Of a stretch of 64,000 nucleotides of DNA, positions 52,001 to 61,725 are shown piece by piece. The translations under genes and the position numbers were made by a program. Position 1 is the stretch's first letter. Each line of letters begins with the position of its first letter. Source of the DNA: a bacterium (GTDB taxonomy: Bacteria > Zhuqueibacterota > Zhuqueibacteria > Residuimicrobiales > Krinioviventaceae); contig CAXXMD010000003.1 in NCBI GenBank assembly GCA_963675755.2, positions 448,001 to 512,000 of the forward strand, written 5' to 3'. The notes beneath the pieces are model-generated. The model was not told where the DNA came from, searched no databases, and saw nothing but the letters and a program-made list of their open reading frames with translations.

Positions 52001-52356
52001 GTAAAAGCGTCAATGGTGCTGATGCGGACCTTGTTTTTGTTAACCAGCATATCTTCATAGATCCGCTTTAAAACGGAACGGTCCTTGTCTGATATTTCAA
52101 GTCCCAAAATACTCTGCAAATTCGCCAGCAATTCTTTGCCGTCATCGTCCATCCGGATGATGTGGTGCAGATGCTCAAAAATCCTCTCCCGAATCTCTGA
52201 TGTGGCCTTTTTGGTAAAGGTAATTACCAGCATCTCGCTGTAATGGATACCCTGTTTATAATATTTCAACAGCAGTCCAATATATTCCAAAGACAACCGA
52301 TAGGTCTTGCCCGTACCCGCACTGGCACTGATGATCTTGTTCTCGAGACCGTTCAT
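49015..52356 (-). CDS. addA: AddA/RecB-like UvrD helicase-nuclease
   Basis: ASAGTGKT, IDEFQDTS, VGDEKQSIYGWRGG, TIHKSKGLE, YVALTRA, C-terminal RLDR..IIDYKTG. Confidence 0.85.
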   Translation of the reverse strand: MNGLENKIISASAGTGKTYRLSLEYIGLLLKYYKQGIHYSEMLVITFTKKATSEIRERIFEHLHHIIRMDDDGKELLANLQSILGLEISDKDRSVLKRIYEDMLVNKNKVRISTIDAFTNEIFKTIIAPYLGIANYEIENTIHDDVFAEVFSSLMQERDPQAQQLMHDFFFRANKKTITDYQKFIESLLRNRWIFDFMDAEDQPQVDPKNREQQIKEAYQRFFKSFSALLRRLEAEVCSSYPNLTNSQYFKMDFIKMFLSPADLDSQVFAASIMDNLGQEIVSEHHKKLLGMEYFWDGSKVFRGKAYADIKEALIADFENCRKDLAAFILEKELFAEQDEIRLIANRVFEKYDEIKFRDKRFTHSDVSYYTFKYLYDPDLSLIDDFSVTNAFYEYLTAQIRFILIDEFQDTSMIQYKILLPIINEITSGMGAKEYGGVIIVGDEKQSIYGWRGGERDLLLAMPSVLNDCNQFSLNTSYRSYRRIMDFINDIFMDTDMHASLDIHWPYDPVQVHKTSDDGFIKVQARNYANFKDDNNDISTVEDALREFVTQTLAPLLQSGQLDVKKTAVLARKNSDLKHIAAVLDELDIDYILESSGSILQHRTVVPLMMLFRFLVYQDVYDLLRFLRSDLVLMSPEALKKIMLYIRDNAKDGYSLSDLFSSLDSIDALKKVDEIYQLAKELVFAAHPNLLLFTQKVIEKWNATGIFKQENDLVNLNRFLEILAAFTQTDANYSLKGFLEYCQENEQNERFQQIGLKEYNAITLLTIHKSKGLEYDNVFLYWNLSPSGGNFSGEISYYLSYELDFSHLLHYIYTLNYDHILELTDYAPLIEQKDKRDIIEELNNIYVALTRAKTNLYIQFVLGKKGGISEFIKDCLPDDTTKIRSDRLLFLSVLNRVQRFEAGADNTANKSVWTSGSFIPVQHVKDEKETVDYTWLPDYLSYNRRPLKQPDALHLQRMEHIDLKSVYLKNRDIDKGNIIHFYLSYVHYGTNKEFEFARQQTLGYFGNLLPIEQLESLMQNARNVVSQHPELFDAAVWDRVFTEYTLYTQSGKELRLDRMMVNLKDGYVEIIDYKTGEQYQAEQLDDYIQAVHKLPVVENKQYKVTGKYIEIHI

Positions 52357-55226
52357 TATACAGCATCCCCCGAGGTAAAATTCTGTGCAAGATACAGATC
52401 TTTGCGTGTAATGTCCGGCATGTATTGCAGTTTGCTTTTTTGCTCTGCCAACGAGAATCCCTGTTCATTGAGCTTGCTGGCAATCTCGATCAAACTCTCG
52501 GCAAACGCATCGAAAAGGTCCTGCTTTGTTTTCTGTTTTGATCTGGCGGTAATATATTCCAGCAGTTCTTTTTTTTCTTTTTTCAAAACCTGGTAAAACC
52601 ATGATGAAACAGCATCCTGTTTTTCCGGTTCTTCAAGCAAATGATAAAACTGTTCATAGATAATCAACTGCTCTTTTTCAAACTGCCCTGTCTTGAAATC
52701 AAAAATATAATTCACTTCGTCGTCAGGATCAAAAATACGCAAATCCGCGCGTCCCCTGAACTGAAAGTCCAATTCCAGCACATTCTGCTCTGCCGGTAAA
52801 AATGTTTTATATCGTCTTTCCGCGGCGGTTCCTTCTTCCTCTTCGGGCATAATAACCAGCGACTTGCCAAACAGTCCTTGTTCAGTCAGCAGATCAAAAA
52901 AGCCAAGAAGCCCGTCTGCCAGGTTGGGTGCGGTAATATATTCAAAATATGAAAAGGTGTAATCATGCAATATACTGTAATAATACTTTGACCAGCGTAC
53001 CACATTCTGAATGGCCCGCATAACCAGCTCACGTTCAATGGGAGCATCAAAGGCAAAGACATCATCACTTTGCGGATGCATCAGCCGCCAGCATTCTGTG
53101 GCTACATCGTGGGCAATGTTTCCGATTAATCGGGCAGAAAAGTCCCGCTCAACAGTTTTGGGCTTTTCATCGATACGACAAAAACTGCGTACAAAATAAA
53201 GGAATGGATTCGTTTTCAAATCACGAAATGAGGTATAAGAAAGTCGAATTCGGCTGTCAGGATAATCTGTTTTTACATCCAGGGGGATACGGTAAAATTC
53301 CGGCGAGTAGATCTTTTTCCTGTCCACTTTATAATCCGCACAATCCAGTATCGTATCATATACAGGTTTATAATTATAACCTTGATCTTTAGTGTATTGC
53401 AAGACAGTAGCATCAAAATTTAGCATCAGTTCTTCTACAAATGAACTGACCTGCACATTATTTTCGATATTTTTCTGAGTATAAAGATATACATTTTTAC
53501 TGGCCAGCACCATACGATAAAAATAATACTGTTCTCTCAAACGGATATCATCATAAATTTTCAAGCCCATGTGCTTACGCTGCTGGTCTGTAAAAAGAAA
53601 TGGAGACAACCGCTGTGAAGGGATTTTACCCTCCATTACGTTCAACACCGCAACCGATTCATAAGCAATATTTCGGGTATCATTCAGGTTGGTGATCTCT
53701 ATTCTTGACCCACCGGGCTCTGTATTCCATTGCCAGGTTTTGGCTTTCATATAATCAAGAATAATCCTGAGCAGGCCCGCACCGGTTTTATATGTCATTA
53801 GATTCGGATTCTGAACATTTAAATAGGTATCCCAATCGGTCACAATACCAATAGATTCTATGGATTCCAAATCCGCAAGGAGTCGATAAAACACATCCAG
53901 TATTGTTGAATGCTCTTTTTCATGCCGGCTCACAATCTGCTTGATTCGAATACCGGCTTCGCTGTCTATAAAGTCTATCCACTCGGTAAGCGATTTCAAA
54001 CGGGCCATTTTTTCAAGCAATACAACAAGCGTATTGCTCAAGGCCAGCACCTGTTCATCCTTAACAAACGTATTCAGTTCTGTATCCATATCCAGATATT
54101 TGTATTCACGGTCAAGCAAGCCGTACAATACATTTAGTATATGTTCACGATTGCTGTCACCGGACGATGGTACAAAATAGTCTACAAATCCGGGTACCAA
54201 TACAGCAGACAATATAGAATCTACAGGCAGCAGATATTTTTTCTGTTTTTCCTCATAGATAATGGAATTGAGAGCCGTATACAATGCGGTAAAAAACCGG
54301 TATATTGAAGATTGAGTGAACGAGACCGACTCGCCGAGGTTAAATTTTTCCGGAGAAACCATTGCAGAATAGGGATTGCGGTTAAATGCAGGATCAATGA
54401 TTTGCTTTATCTTTTGAGAATCCAATGTACGAGACATTGAGAGTATCATTGAAAAATCATTGGCGCACTCGGTGATATTTATATTTTCAACGGCAAATGC
54501 TTCTGTCAGATCATGCAGACCAAAAGGTTGAATATTCAACGATTCCTGATCCAACAGTTTTTCAGGCAATTGATAATACAGTACAACCTGCTTGTCCAAC
54601 TGTTCCAACTGCTTGATAATATTTTTTTCCAAATTGGTATAATAAAACTGGTTGGCAAAAACAAATCGATCATATTTTTCTAGAAATCCGGAATCAGGGT
54701 TGTCAGTATTGCGCACAAAGATCAGATCATCAAAACCTTTTTCAGTGATAAAGGCTTTGTAACGGGCTTTGATCTCTAATAATCGGTTAAAATTCTCAAT
54801 CTGCCAATCCAGAATATCAACCAGATTTCCATCAATCAACGTGTCTAAAATTTTGTCCGGTACACACTCGTCATTAAATTCTTCCCAAAGGGTAAAAAAC
54901 TGGTGCGCCAGTTCTATAGCCTGAAAATAAGAATGGACCCTGAAAACTTTTTTATCTTCTGTAGAAAGCACCGCGTAAAACGCGAGTGTTCGTTTCTCTT
55001 CGCGCAGCAGACTTTTTTGTGTTAGATAGAGCAGGCCTTTAAGTTCTTCAATGGTAAGAAACCGGGTATCGCTAAAATCCCACTGCTGTTGAAAAATTCT
55101 GAGTGCCTTTTTTTTACTGTTTTCATTGGGAAAGACAAAAACAGTCCCATCAAAAGGCTCTTTTTCCAGCAGATGTGTAATAACATCTGTTGAAAAGTCA
55201 CAAAACTCGAATTCTTTTATAGACAT
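52356..55226 (-). CDS. addB: AddB-like subunit (inactive helicase fold plus PD-(D/E)XK nuclease)
   Basis: VFVFPN N-terminus, EGKIP, SYTS, IGNIAH, RGRADL..IFDFKTG. TAATG overlap with addA. Confidence 0.75.
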   Translation of the reverse strand: MSIKEFEFCDFSTDVITHLLEKEPFDGTVFVFPNENSKKKALRIFQQQWDFSDTRFLTIEELKGLLYLTQKSLLREEKRTLAFYAVLSTEDKKVFRVHSYFQAIELAHQFFTLWEEFNDECVPDKILDTLIDGNLVDILDWQIENFNRLLEIKARYKAFITEKGFDDLIFVRNTDNPDSGFLEKYDRFVFANQFYYTNLEKNIIKQLEQLDKQVVLYYQLPEKLLDQESLNIQPFGLHDLTEAFAVENINITECANDFSMILSMSRTLDSQKIKQIIDPAFNRNPYSAMVSPEKFNLGESVSFTQSSIYRFFTALYTALNSIIYEEKQKKYLLPVDSILSAVLVPGFVDYFVPSSGDSNREHILNVLYGLLDREYKYLDMDTELNTFVKDEQVLALSNTLVVLLEKMARLKSLTEWIDFIDSEAGIRIKQIVSRHEKEHSTILDVFYRLLADLESIESIGIVTDWDTYLNVQNPNLMTYKTGAGLLRIILDYMKAKTWQWNTEPGGSRIEITNLNDTRNIAYESVAVLNVMEGKIPSQRLSPFLFTDQQRKHMGLKIYDDIRLREQYYFYRMVLASKNVYLYTQKNIENNVQVSSFVEELMLNFDATVLQYTKDQGYNYKPVYDTILDCADYKVDRKKIYSPEFYRIPLDVKTDYPDSRIRLSYTSFRDLKTNPFLYFVRSFCRIDEKPKTVERDFSARLIGNIAHDVATECWRLMHPQSDDVFAFDAPIERELVMRAIQNVVRWSKYYYSILHDYTFSYFEYITAPNLADGLLGFFDLLTEQGLFGKSLVIMPEEEEGTAAERRYKTFLPAEQNVLELDFQFRGRADLRIFDPDDEVNYIFDFKTGQFEKEQLIIYEQFYHLLEEPEKQDAVSSWFYQVLKKEKKELLEYITARSKQKTKQDLFDAFAESLIEIASKLNEQGFSLAEQKSKLQYMPDITRKDLYLAQNFTSGDAV

Positions 55227-55313
55227 GGAATAATCCGGATTAGAAAATAAACGTCATAAAATATAAAATATTTCAGCATCAAAACAAAAGATTTATCATC
55301 AAAAAAGACTAAA

Positions 55314-56504
55314 TCAATCCATCATTTTCCTCATAACATCACCCAGTTTGCTGATACCTGCCTCAATCTGTTCAGGATTTGCGTTAGAATAATTCAGTCG
55401 AAAACTGTTTTTTCCACCGCCATCCACATAAAACGGATCACCCGGAACAAAAGCAACCTTTTGTTCTATGGCAAGATCAAACAATTCCATTGATGATATA
55501 TGCTCCGGCATGGTCACCCAGATAAACATGCCCCCCTCGGGACGGGTGAATTGGATATCCTTTGGAAAGTATTTTTCAATCATCTTGACCATTGCATCCC
55601 GCTGTACGCCATAGGCCTCTTTAATATTCGCCATATGTGCATCAATATTACCCCGGGTATAAAAATGATGCACTATTCGTTGCCCAAAATAGTTCGTGTG
55701 CAAATCGCTGCCTTGTTTGGCAACAATCAATTTTTCCATAATCGGCAGATCAGCACATACCCAGCCCAATCGGAATGAGGGTACAACCGTCTTTGAAAAA
55801 GAACCCAGCAGTATGGATTGGTTCCCCACCTGTGTTTTTATGGGAGGGATATCCTCTCCCATAAAGCGCAATGCCCCGTATGGGTTATCTTCAACCAGCA
55901 GGGTTTGTGTTGTATTTAAAACCTTTGCAACCTCTTCACGCACCTTTGCAGAATAGGTAACGCCTGAAGGATTCTGAAAGTTGGGCACACTGTAATACAG
56001 CTTGACCGGCTTTTCAAATGCCCGCCTGAATGCATCCAGATCCGGTCCCTCGTCCGTTAACGGGACAGTAACAAACTCGGGTTGATAAAGAGATAACGCC
56101 TGTATAGCACCCAGATAACCGGGACTTTCAATCAGCACACGGTCACCGGGTTCGATCAAAACTTTAGCCAAAAGATCCAGACCTTGTTGCGAGCCATTTG
56201 TAACAAGAATATTTTCCGCACCAACATCCAGGTTGTATTGATCACGGTACTGCTGCGCAATCATCTCGCGCAAGGGAGCAAAACCTTCGGTTGTGCTGTA
56301 TTGTAAAACCGAACGGCCTTCTTCTTCAAGCAGGTCGTTACAAGCCTTTTGAATATCGGCAACGGGAAACAACTCGGGATTCGGTAAACCACCGGCAAAT
56401 GAAATGATTTCAGAATCAGCAGCAACCTTGAGGATCTCACGAATAAAAGATTTTTGGACACGTGTAACGCGTTCAGCAAACAGCCCATTAAATTCGGTCA
56501 ACAT
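55314..56504 (-). CDS. PLP-dependent aminotransferase class I/II (LysN/Aro8-like)
   Basis: ISFAGGLP, PNFQNPSG, EDNPYG, GSFSK, PEGGMF. Confidence 0.92.
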   Translation of the reverse strand: MLTEFNGLFAERVTRVQKSFIREILKVAADSEIISFAGGLPNPELFPVADIQKACNDLLEEEGRSVLQYSTTEGFAPLREMIAQQYRDQYNLDVGAENILVTNGSQQGLDLLAKVLIEPGDRVLIESPGYLGAIQALSLYQPEFVTVPLTDEGPDLDAFRRAFEKPVKLYYSVPNFQNPSGVTYSAKVREEVAKVLNTTQTLLVEDNPYGALRFMGEDIPPIKTQVGNQSILLGSFSKTVVPSFRLGWVCADLPIMEKLIVAKQGSDLHTNYFGQRIVHHFYTRGNIDAHMANIKEAYGVQRDAMVKMIEKYFPKDIQFTRPEGGMFIWVTMPEHISSMELFDLAIEQKVAFVPGDPFYVDGGGKNSFRLNYSNANPEQIEAGISKLGDVMRKMMD

Positions 56505-56516
56505 AAATTTCCCTCT

Positions 56517-57509
56517 TTAAAAACCCAATATAAATTCAATTTTATTGATCTCATCTTCAGTCAATTCAGACTTTTCAAGCATTTTCAGGTTATCATCCAA
56601 CTGCTCAACACTGCTTGCCCCAATCAGAACAGATGTAACCCGTTTATCACGCAGCACCCACGCCAAAGCCATTTGGGCAAGACTCTGTCCGCGACCCTGT
56701 GCCATCTCATTCAATGCGGTGATCTGTCTTTTCACGCTTTCATCCAAAGCGCTCTCATTCAGGAAACCATGCGGTTTGGCAATTCTGGAATCAGAAGGAA
56801 CACCGTCAAGATAGCGGTTTGTCAGCAACCCCTGGGCGAGCGGTGAGTAGGCAATACACCCCACACCATTTTGTTCAAGTGTATCCAGCAAACCCTCTTC
56901 GCACCAGCGTTCATACATGGAATAGCGCACCTGATGGATTAAACAATGCCTGCCCAACTCGTCCAGAATTTTTAAAGCATTTGCTGTCTGGTCCGGACGA
57001 TAATTGGAAATGCCCACATACAGAGCCTTACCTTGGCGAACAATCAGGTCCAGTGCTTCCATGGTTTCTTCAAGCGGGGTTTCCGGATCAAATCGGTGTG
57101 AATAAAATATATCTACGTAATCCAGCCCCATACGTTTCAAACTTTGATCAAGACTGGCTACCAGGTATTTTTTAGAACCAAAATCTCCATAAGGTCCGTC
57201 CCACATGGTATAACCGGCTTTGGTTGAAATGATCATCTCGTCACGATAGGGTGCAAAATCTGTTTTCATCATCTTGCCAAACATTTCTTCTGCTGATCCC
57301 GGAGGAGGCCCATAATTATTGGCCAAATCAAAATGAGTAATTCCGGCATCAAAAGCACGTCTAAGCATGGCTCTGCCATTTTCATATACATCTACACCAC
57401 CAAAATTGTGCCACAGCCCCAATGAAATTGCGGGCAAATCGAGTCCGCTAGCCCCACAGCGATTATATGTCATATCTGAATATCGGGTATTAGAAGCCTG
57501 ATAAACCAT
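56517..57509 (-). CDS. mgrA: Aldo-keto reductase, L-glyceraldehyde 3-phosphate reductase (YghZ/Gpr family)
   Basis: LGLWHNFG, FDLANNYGPPPGSAE, ISTKAGY, SPLAQG. Confidence 0.92.
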   Translation of the reverse strand: MVYQASNTRYSDMTYNRCGASGLDLPAISLGLWHNFGGVDVYENGRAMLRRAFDAGITHFDLANNYGPPPGSAEEMFGKMMKTDFAPYRDEMIISTKAGYTMWDGPYGDFGSKKYLVASLDQSLKRMGLDYVDIFYSHRFDPETPLEETMEALDLIVRQGKALYVGISNYRPDQTANALKILDELGRHCLIHQVRYSMYERWCEEGLLDTLEQNGVGCIAYSPLAQGLLTNRYLDGVPSDSRIAKPHGFLNESALDESVKRQITALNEMAQGRGQSLAQMALAWVLRDKRVTSVLIGASSVEQLDDNLKMLEKSELTEDEINKIEFILGF

Positions 57510-57620
57510 AATTGATCCTTTCTTTTTTATATGATTGAAAAATACGGTTTTGTTCTTTATTAATCAACTGATATTGTAAGAAAGGAATAGCAAATCAAAC
57601 CAGCATCACCATTTATTTTT

Positions 57621-58457
57621 TCAATTAGGCAATGGTGGTAAAAGCCGCGAACGCTTTACATAGTATCTCACCAGGAGTAACACCCATATCAAGCATACAA
57701 CAATCGTAATTAGCGAAGCCTCAGGACCAAAATCCCCTCCGGTCAACCAGGCAGGCCCAACAAGATTACTTTTTATAAAGGGTGTTAGTTTATCATTACC
57801 TGAAATCGCAACGCCATAAAAATTCTGACTAAAATTCCAGAACAGATGAAAAGAAATTGGCAGCCACAGTCTGCCCGTGGTAGAATACATTAATCCAAAT
57901 ATTAAACTCCCAAGCGCAGCAGAAAGCAACCCTGGTAATGATGTGTTTGCATTAAAAATATGAGCAGCCATAAACAATATACTGGTAATCCCTAATGCCC
58001 ACCAAATCCCCAGTTCAGTTTCAAGAATCCGATAAAGTATCCCTCTGAACAGTAATTCCTCAATCACACTCAACAGCATAAAGAAAACCAGAGATGTCCC
58101 CAGAACGGATATTGAATAAAAATCCTGAATTGAATACGCACCCAAACCCCACAGTAATCCTATAATCAAGGATATGCTGCCAAATCCAATCAAACCTCCC
58201 GTTATAAACGCTTTGGAAAAAAATGACAAATCCAACTCGTCAACATTTCGTTTTTCGGTTTTACGAACAAAATAATAATAGGCCCCCAACAATGTTATGG
58301 TCGTAAATACAGCTTTGATTGTTTTTTCAGTTATCCCCTCGAATCCCAAAACATGCTGGAGTATATAACCTACGAAAAACTTAATCAACAAGGCAGCCCC
58401 TAAAATCCAGATACATCCCCCTACAATGCGCAACAATATGAAACCTGCTTTTTTCAT
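57621..58457 (-). CDS. CPBP (CAAX protease/Abi) intramembrane metalloprotease
   Basis: EELLFRG, F..AH, HLFWN, GGDFGPE. Confidence 0.92.
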   Translation of the reverse strand: MKKAGFILLRIVGGCIWILGAALLIKFFVGYILQHVLGFEGITEKTIKAVFTTITLLGAYYYFVRKTEKRNVDELDLSFFSKAFITGGLIGFGSISLIIGLLWGLGAYSIQDFYSISVLGTSLVFFMLLSVIEELLFRGILYRILETELGIWWALGITSILFMAAHIFNANTSLPGLLSAALGSLIFGLMYSTTGRLWLPISFHLFWNFSQNFYGVAISGNDKLTPFIKSNLVGPAWLTGGDFGPEASLITIVVCLIWVLLLVRYYVKRSRLLPPLPN

Positions 58458-58694
58458 AACATCTCCTATAATTGTGTGTACGCATTAAATCTAAATATCA
58501 AAATAACTACCAACAATAGGCCTATTGTCTCATTTTCACCTATTCTCTTCAATATGCGCAGGATTGCCTTAATTCACAATTTTTAGTTGATATTCTACAG
58601 GCAAAAGATTAACTTTATCTGCAAAACGGCCCAATTTCATTATATATCTTTTATAAATGATTAAACCTAATCTATTGATTTTATTAACGCACTC

Positions 58695-60032
58695 TTGGAG
58701 GGCGACTTTATAAAAAAAAATATTACAGAAAAAATTTCATTTTTCATGTTCATCATCTCTCTTTTGTGTATGGCTTATGGTTATGGATACCTGACTCACG
58801 AATTAAAATTATTCCCGTATTATCAGATAAAGAATGCAAACAGATTCAGAGTTGAATTTATAGCCAAGCTCAAAGGACAAAAACAGTGGTTTTATCAACC
58901 CACAAAATATAACCAAAATGTCCCTGTTTATGAGCATATTGCCGCATACAATGCACCTACCATGTTTTCCTGCATAGGTAAAGATAAACATTTATATATA
59001 AAAATTGTCAATATGGATGGGAGCCTTGTGCACCAATGGAAAACCGACTGGTTTGATCTCTGGCCCAAAGATGCTAAAATACATAAACGTTTTGTCCCCA
59101 AAAAACGACCCGGTACAAACATTCACGGTTTAGAGATTATGGACAATGGCGATATAATTTTTATATTTGAAGATATTGGTATGGTATGTCTGGATGTATG
59201 TGGAAATTTAAAATGGCATATCAACTACTCGTTCCACCATTCCCTGCATCGTGATGATGAAGGTAATTTTTGGGTTAGTGGAAACATCTGGCATGAATCC
59301 GGTATCAAAAACTATTCATATTTAAATCCCGTTGTATTAGAACCAACTGTGGTCAAGGTGTCTCCGAATGGCAAGATCCTCTCAGAAACTTCAGTGTTTG
59401 ACATTCTACGCCATAACGAGCTTGAATCTTTTTTGATCATGCAAACCAAAGCCAATATTACTCCGCAAAACTCGGGGGATATACTGCACCTGAACGATGT
59501 TGAACCCTTTCCTACATCTATGGAACCCGGATTTTTTGGCCCCGACGATGTAATGATCTCGATACGAAACATGAACACCGTGCTGGTCTATAACCAGGAA
59601 ACACTGGAAGTTAAATATCAACGTACGGGCAAGTTCATTAGACAACATGATCCGGACTTTATTGACGGCAACACAATATCCTTGTATGACAATAACAATT
59701 TGGATATAAAAAATGACTCGGTACAAAGCAGAATCGTCATGTTCCATCTGCCGGAAGACCGGGCACAGGTTATCTATAGCGGCAGCAAAGAGGAACCTTT
59801 TTTCTCTAAAATCATGGGCAAGCATCAATGGCTTCCAAATGAAAATCTGCTAATTACAGATTCGCTATCCGGGCGTGTATTTGAAATCGACAAATCGGGT
59901 AAAATTGTCTGGGAATATTTTAATATTGTAGAAAAAGGGTATACAGGTATTATAGGCGAAGCAAAACGTATTTCTCCGGATTTTAATAAAGCGTTTTTTG
60001 AAAAAAGAAAAAGTGACTGCGCAGACAACTAA
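58695..60032 (+). CDS. Membrane-anchored arylsulfotransferase (ASST)-family beta-propeller, paralogue 1
   Basis: N-terminal TM; His motifs FHHSLH, DILHLNDVE and RQHDPDF. The start is uncertain. Confidence 0.8.
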   Translation: MEGDFIKKNITEKISFFMFIISLLCMAYGYGYLTHELKLFPYYQIKNANRFRVEFIAKLKGQKQWFYQPTKYNQNVPVYEHIAAYNAPTMFSCIGKDKHLYIKIVNMDGSLVHQWKTDWFDLWPKDAKIHKRFVPKKRPGTNIHGLEIMDNGDIIFIFEDIGMVCLDVCGNLKWHINYSFHHSLHRDDEGNFWVSGNIWHESGIKNYSYLNPVVLEPTVVKVSPNGKILSETSVFDILRHNELESFLIMQTKANITPQNSGDILHLNDVEPFPTSMEPGFFGPDDVMISIRNMNTVLVYNQETLEVKYQRTGKFIRQHDPDFIDGNTISLYDNNNLDIKNDSVQSRIVMFHLPEDRAQVIYSGSKEEPFFSKIMGKHQWLPNENLLITDSLSGRVFEIDKSGKIVWEYFNIVEKGYTGIIGEAKRISPDFNKAFFEKRKSDCADN

Positions 60033-60047
60033 CAACAAGGATCGGTC

Positions 60048-61364
60048 TTGAAAAATTTTAAAGAAAACCTCCCCAAATACATGTTCATGTTCTCAATTGT
60101 CTTTATGGCTTTTATTTATGGCTATATATGCAAAGAATTAAACCTGTTTCCATCAAAGCAGATACAAAGTGCAAATGCCTTTCGAGTATCATTAATGCAG
60201 CAATTTGCCGGAGAAAAACAATGGTATTACCAACCCACTGAGGAGAAACTAAACGTACCCATTTACAATAAAGACATGGCGTTTAATGGTTCTACCATAT
60301 TTTCCTGTGTTGGCGAAGACAATTATTTATTTGTAAAAATTGTTGATATGGACGGCAGCCTGATCCACCAATGGAAAATCGACTGGTTCGAGATTTGGCC
60401 GGATTGTGAGCATGTGCCCGAATCAGATAAACCAAAATCAAGACCCGGCACTCAAATCCAGGGAATCACATTATTAGACAATGGAGATCTGGTATTCAAC
60501 TTTTCCGGATTGGGGCTGGTACGCATGGATCCATGCGGTAAAGTTGTGTGGCGTCTTGCACATCGCACCCACCATTCAATCCATCAGGATGAGCAGGGAA
60601 ACCTGTGGGTTCCCAGAGATATTTTCCATCAATCCAAAGTTGCGGATTATCCATTCCTAAAACCAATATTTTTAGAGCCAACCATCCTGAAAATATCGCC
60701 AGAGGGTAAAGTACTCAAAGAAATTTCCATGTTAGACGTACTGGTAAGGAACAATTACAACAGTTTGTTAGTTATGTCTACCAAAGCCCGTACCGATGTA
60801 AGAACATCCGGCGATATATTACACCTGAACGATGTGGAAACATTTCCGGATTCTTTGAAAGAAGGCTTTTTCACTAAAGGAGACATTCTGGTCTCTCTGC
60901 GCAACATAAATACGGTCCTAGTATTCAATGAAGCAGACCTGAAAATAAAGTATATTAAAATCGGTGATCTAGTTAGACAGCATGATGCGGATTTTATTGA
61001 TGGCAATACGATCTCGGTTTATGATAACAACAATATTGCTCAAAAAGATAAATTCATGTACAGCAATATTACAATACTCGATGCGGTAACCAACCAAACC
61101 CGTATCTATTACAAAGGCACACCGGAAGCACCTTTTTTCTCCAACTTGATGGGCCGTCATCAATGGTTACCCAATGGCAACATGTTAATCACAGAATCTT
61201 CAACTGGTCGAGCTTTTGAGATTAATGATACTGGCAAAATCGTATGGGAATATATTAATATTGTTGAAAAAGGATATGTGGGCATTATGGAAGAAGCCAT
61301 ACGCATCTCCCCTGTTTTTAATCGGGACTTTTTTAAAAAGAAAATTGCTGAATGTGCTGATTAA
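60048..61364 (+). CDS. Membrane-anchored arylsulfotransferase (ASST)-family beta-propeller, paralogue 2
   Basis: THHSIH, DILHLNDVE, RQHDADF; colinear with paralogue 1. Confidence 0.8.
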   Translation: MKNFKENLPKYMFMFSIVFMAFIYGYICKELNLFPSKQIQSANAFRVSLMQQFAGEKQWYYQPTEEKLNVPIYNKDMAFNGSTIFSCVGEDNYLFVKIVDMDGSLIHQWKIDWFEIWPDCEHVPESDKPKSRPGTQIQGITLLDNGDLVFNFSGLGLVRMDPCGKVVWRLAHRTHHSIHQDEQGNLWVPRDIFHQSKVADYPFLKPIFLEPTILKISPEGKVLKEISMLDVLVRNNYNSLLVMSTKARTDVRTSGDILHLNDVETFPDSLKEGFFTKGDILVSLRNINTVLVFNEADLKIKYIKIGDLVRQHDADFIDGNTISVYDNNNIAQKDKFMYSNITILDAVTNQTRIYYKGTPEAPFFSNLMGRHQWLPNGNMLITESSTGRAFEINDTGKIVWEYINIVEKGYVGIMEEAIRISPVFNRDFFKKKIAECAD

Positions 61365-61488
61365 TGAATTGTCCAAAATGATTCCAGAATAATCATCACA
61401 GGAATGCAAACAATCAAAAAAATATGAAATAAATAATAAATTTTGTATATTTAATGTTATTACAATTGATATGTTTAGGAGTTACATC

Positions 61489-61725
61489 ATGAAAAATACA
61501 TCGAAAATATTATTGGTTTTCTCAGCCATTTTACTATTCCTGGGCCCCCAAAATGCTGCAGCATATATAGGCCCCGGAACCGGCTTGTCTGCAATTGGTG
61601 CGTTTCTTGCCTTTATTTTTGGAATCATAGTAGCCATTTTGGGGTTCTTGTGGTATCCCTTTAAAAGAATTTTCGGCAAAAAGAAATCTCAGGAACCAGA
61701 TGAAATTAAAGGTGAAAACGAATAA
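61489..61725 (+). CDS. Small membrane protein with an AYIGPGTG motif
   Basis: AGGAG RBS, signal peptide ending AAA, YIGPGTG, one TM helix, basic tail. Confidence 0.8.
   Translation: MKNTSKILLVFSAILLFLGPQNAAAYIGPGTGLSAIGAFLAFIFGIIVAILGFLWYPFKRIFGKKKSQEPDEIKGENE

Noticed and set aside
49015-55226. Novel helicase-nuclease defence system
   Set aside because: Size, gene order, coupling and motifs fit housekeeping AddAB, in a core-gene context of typical composition.
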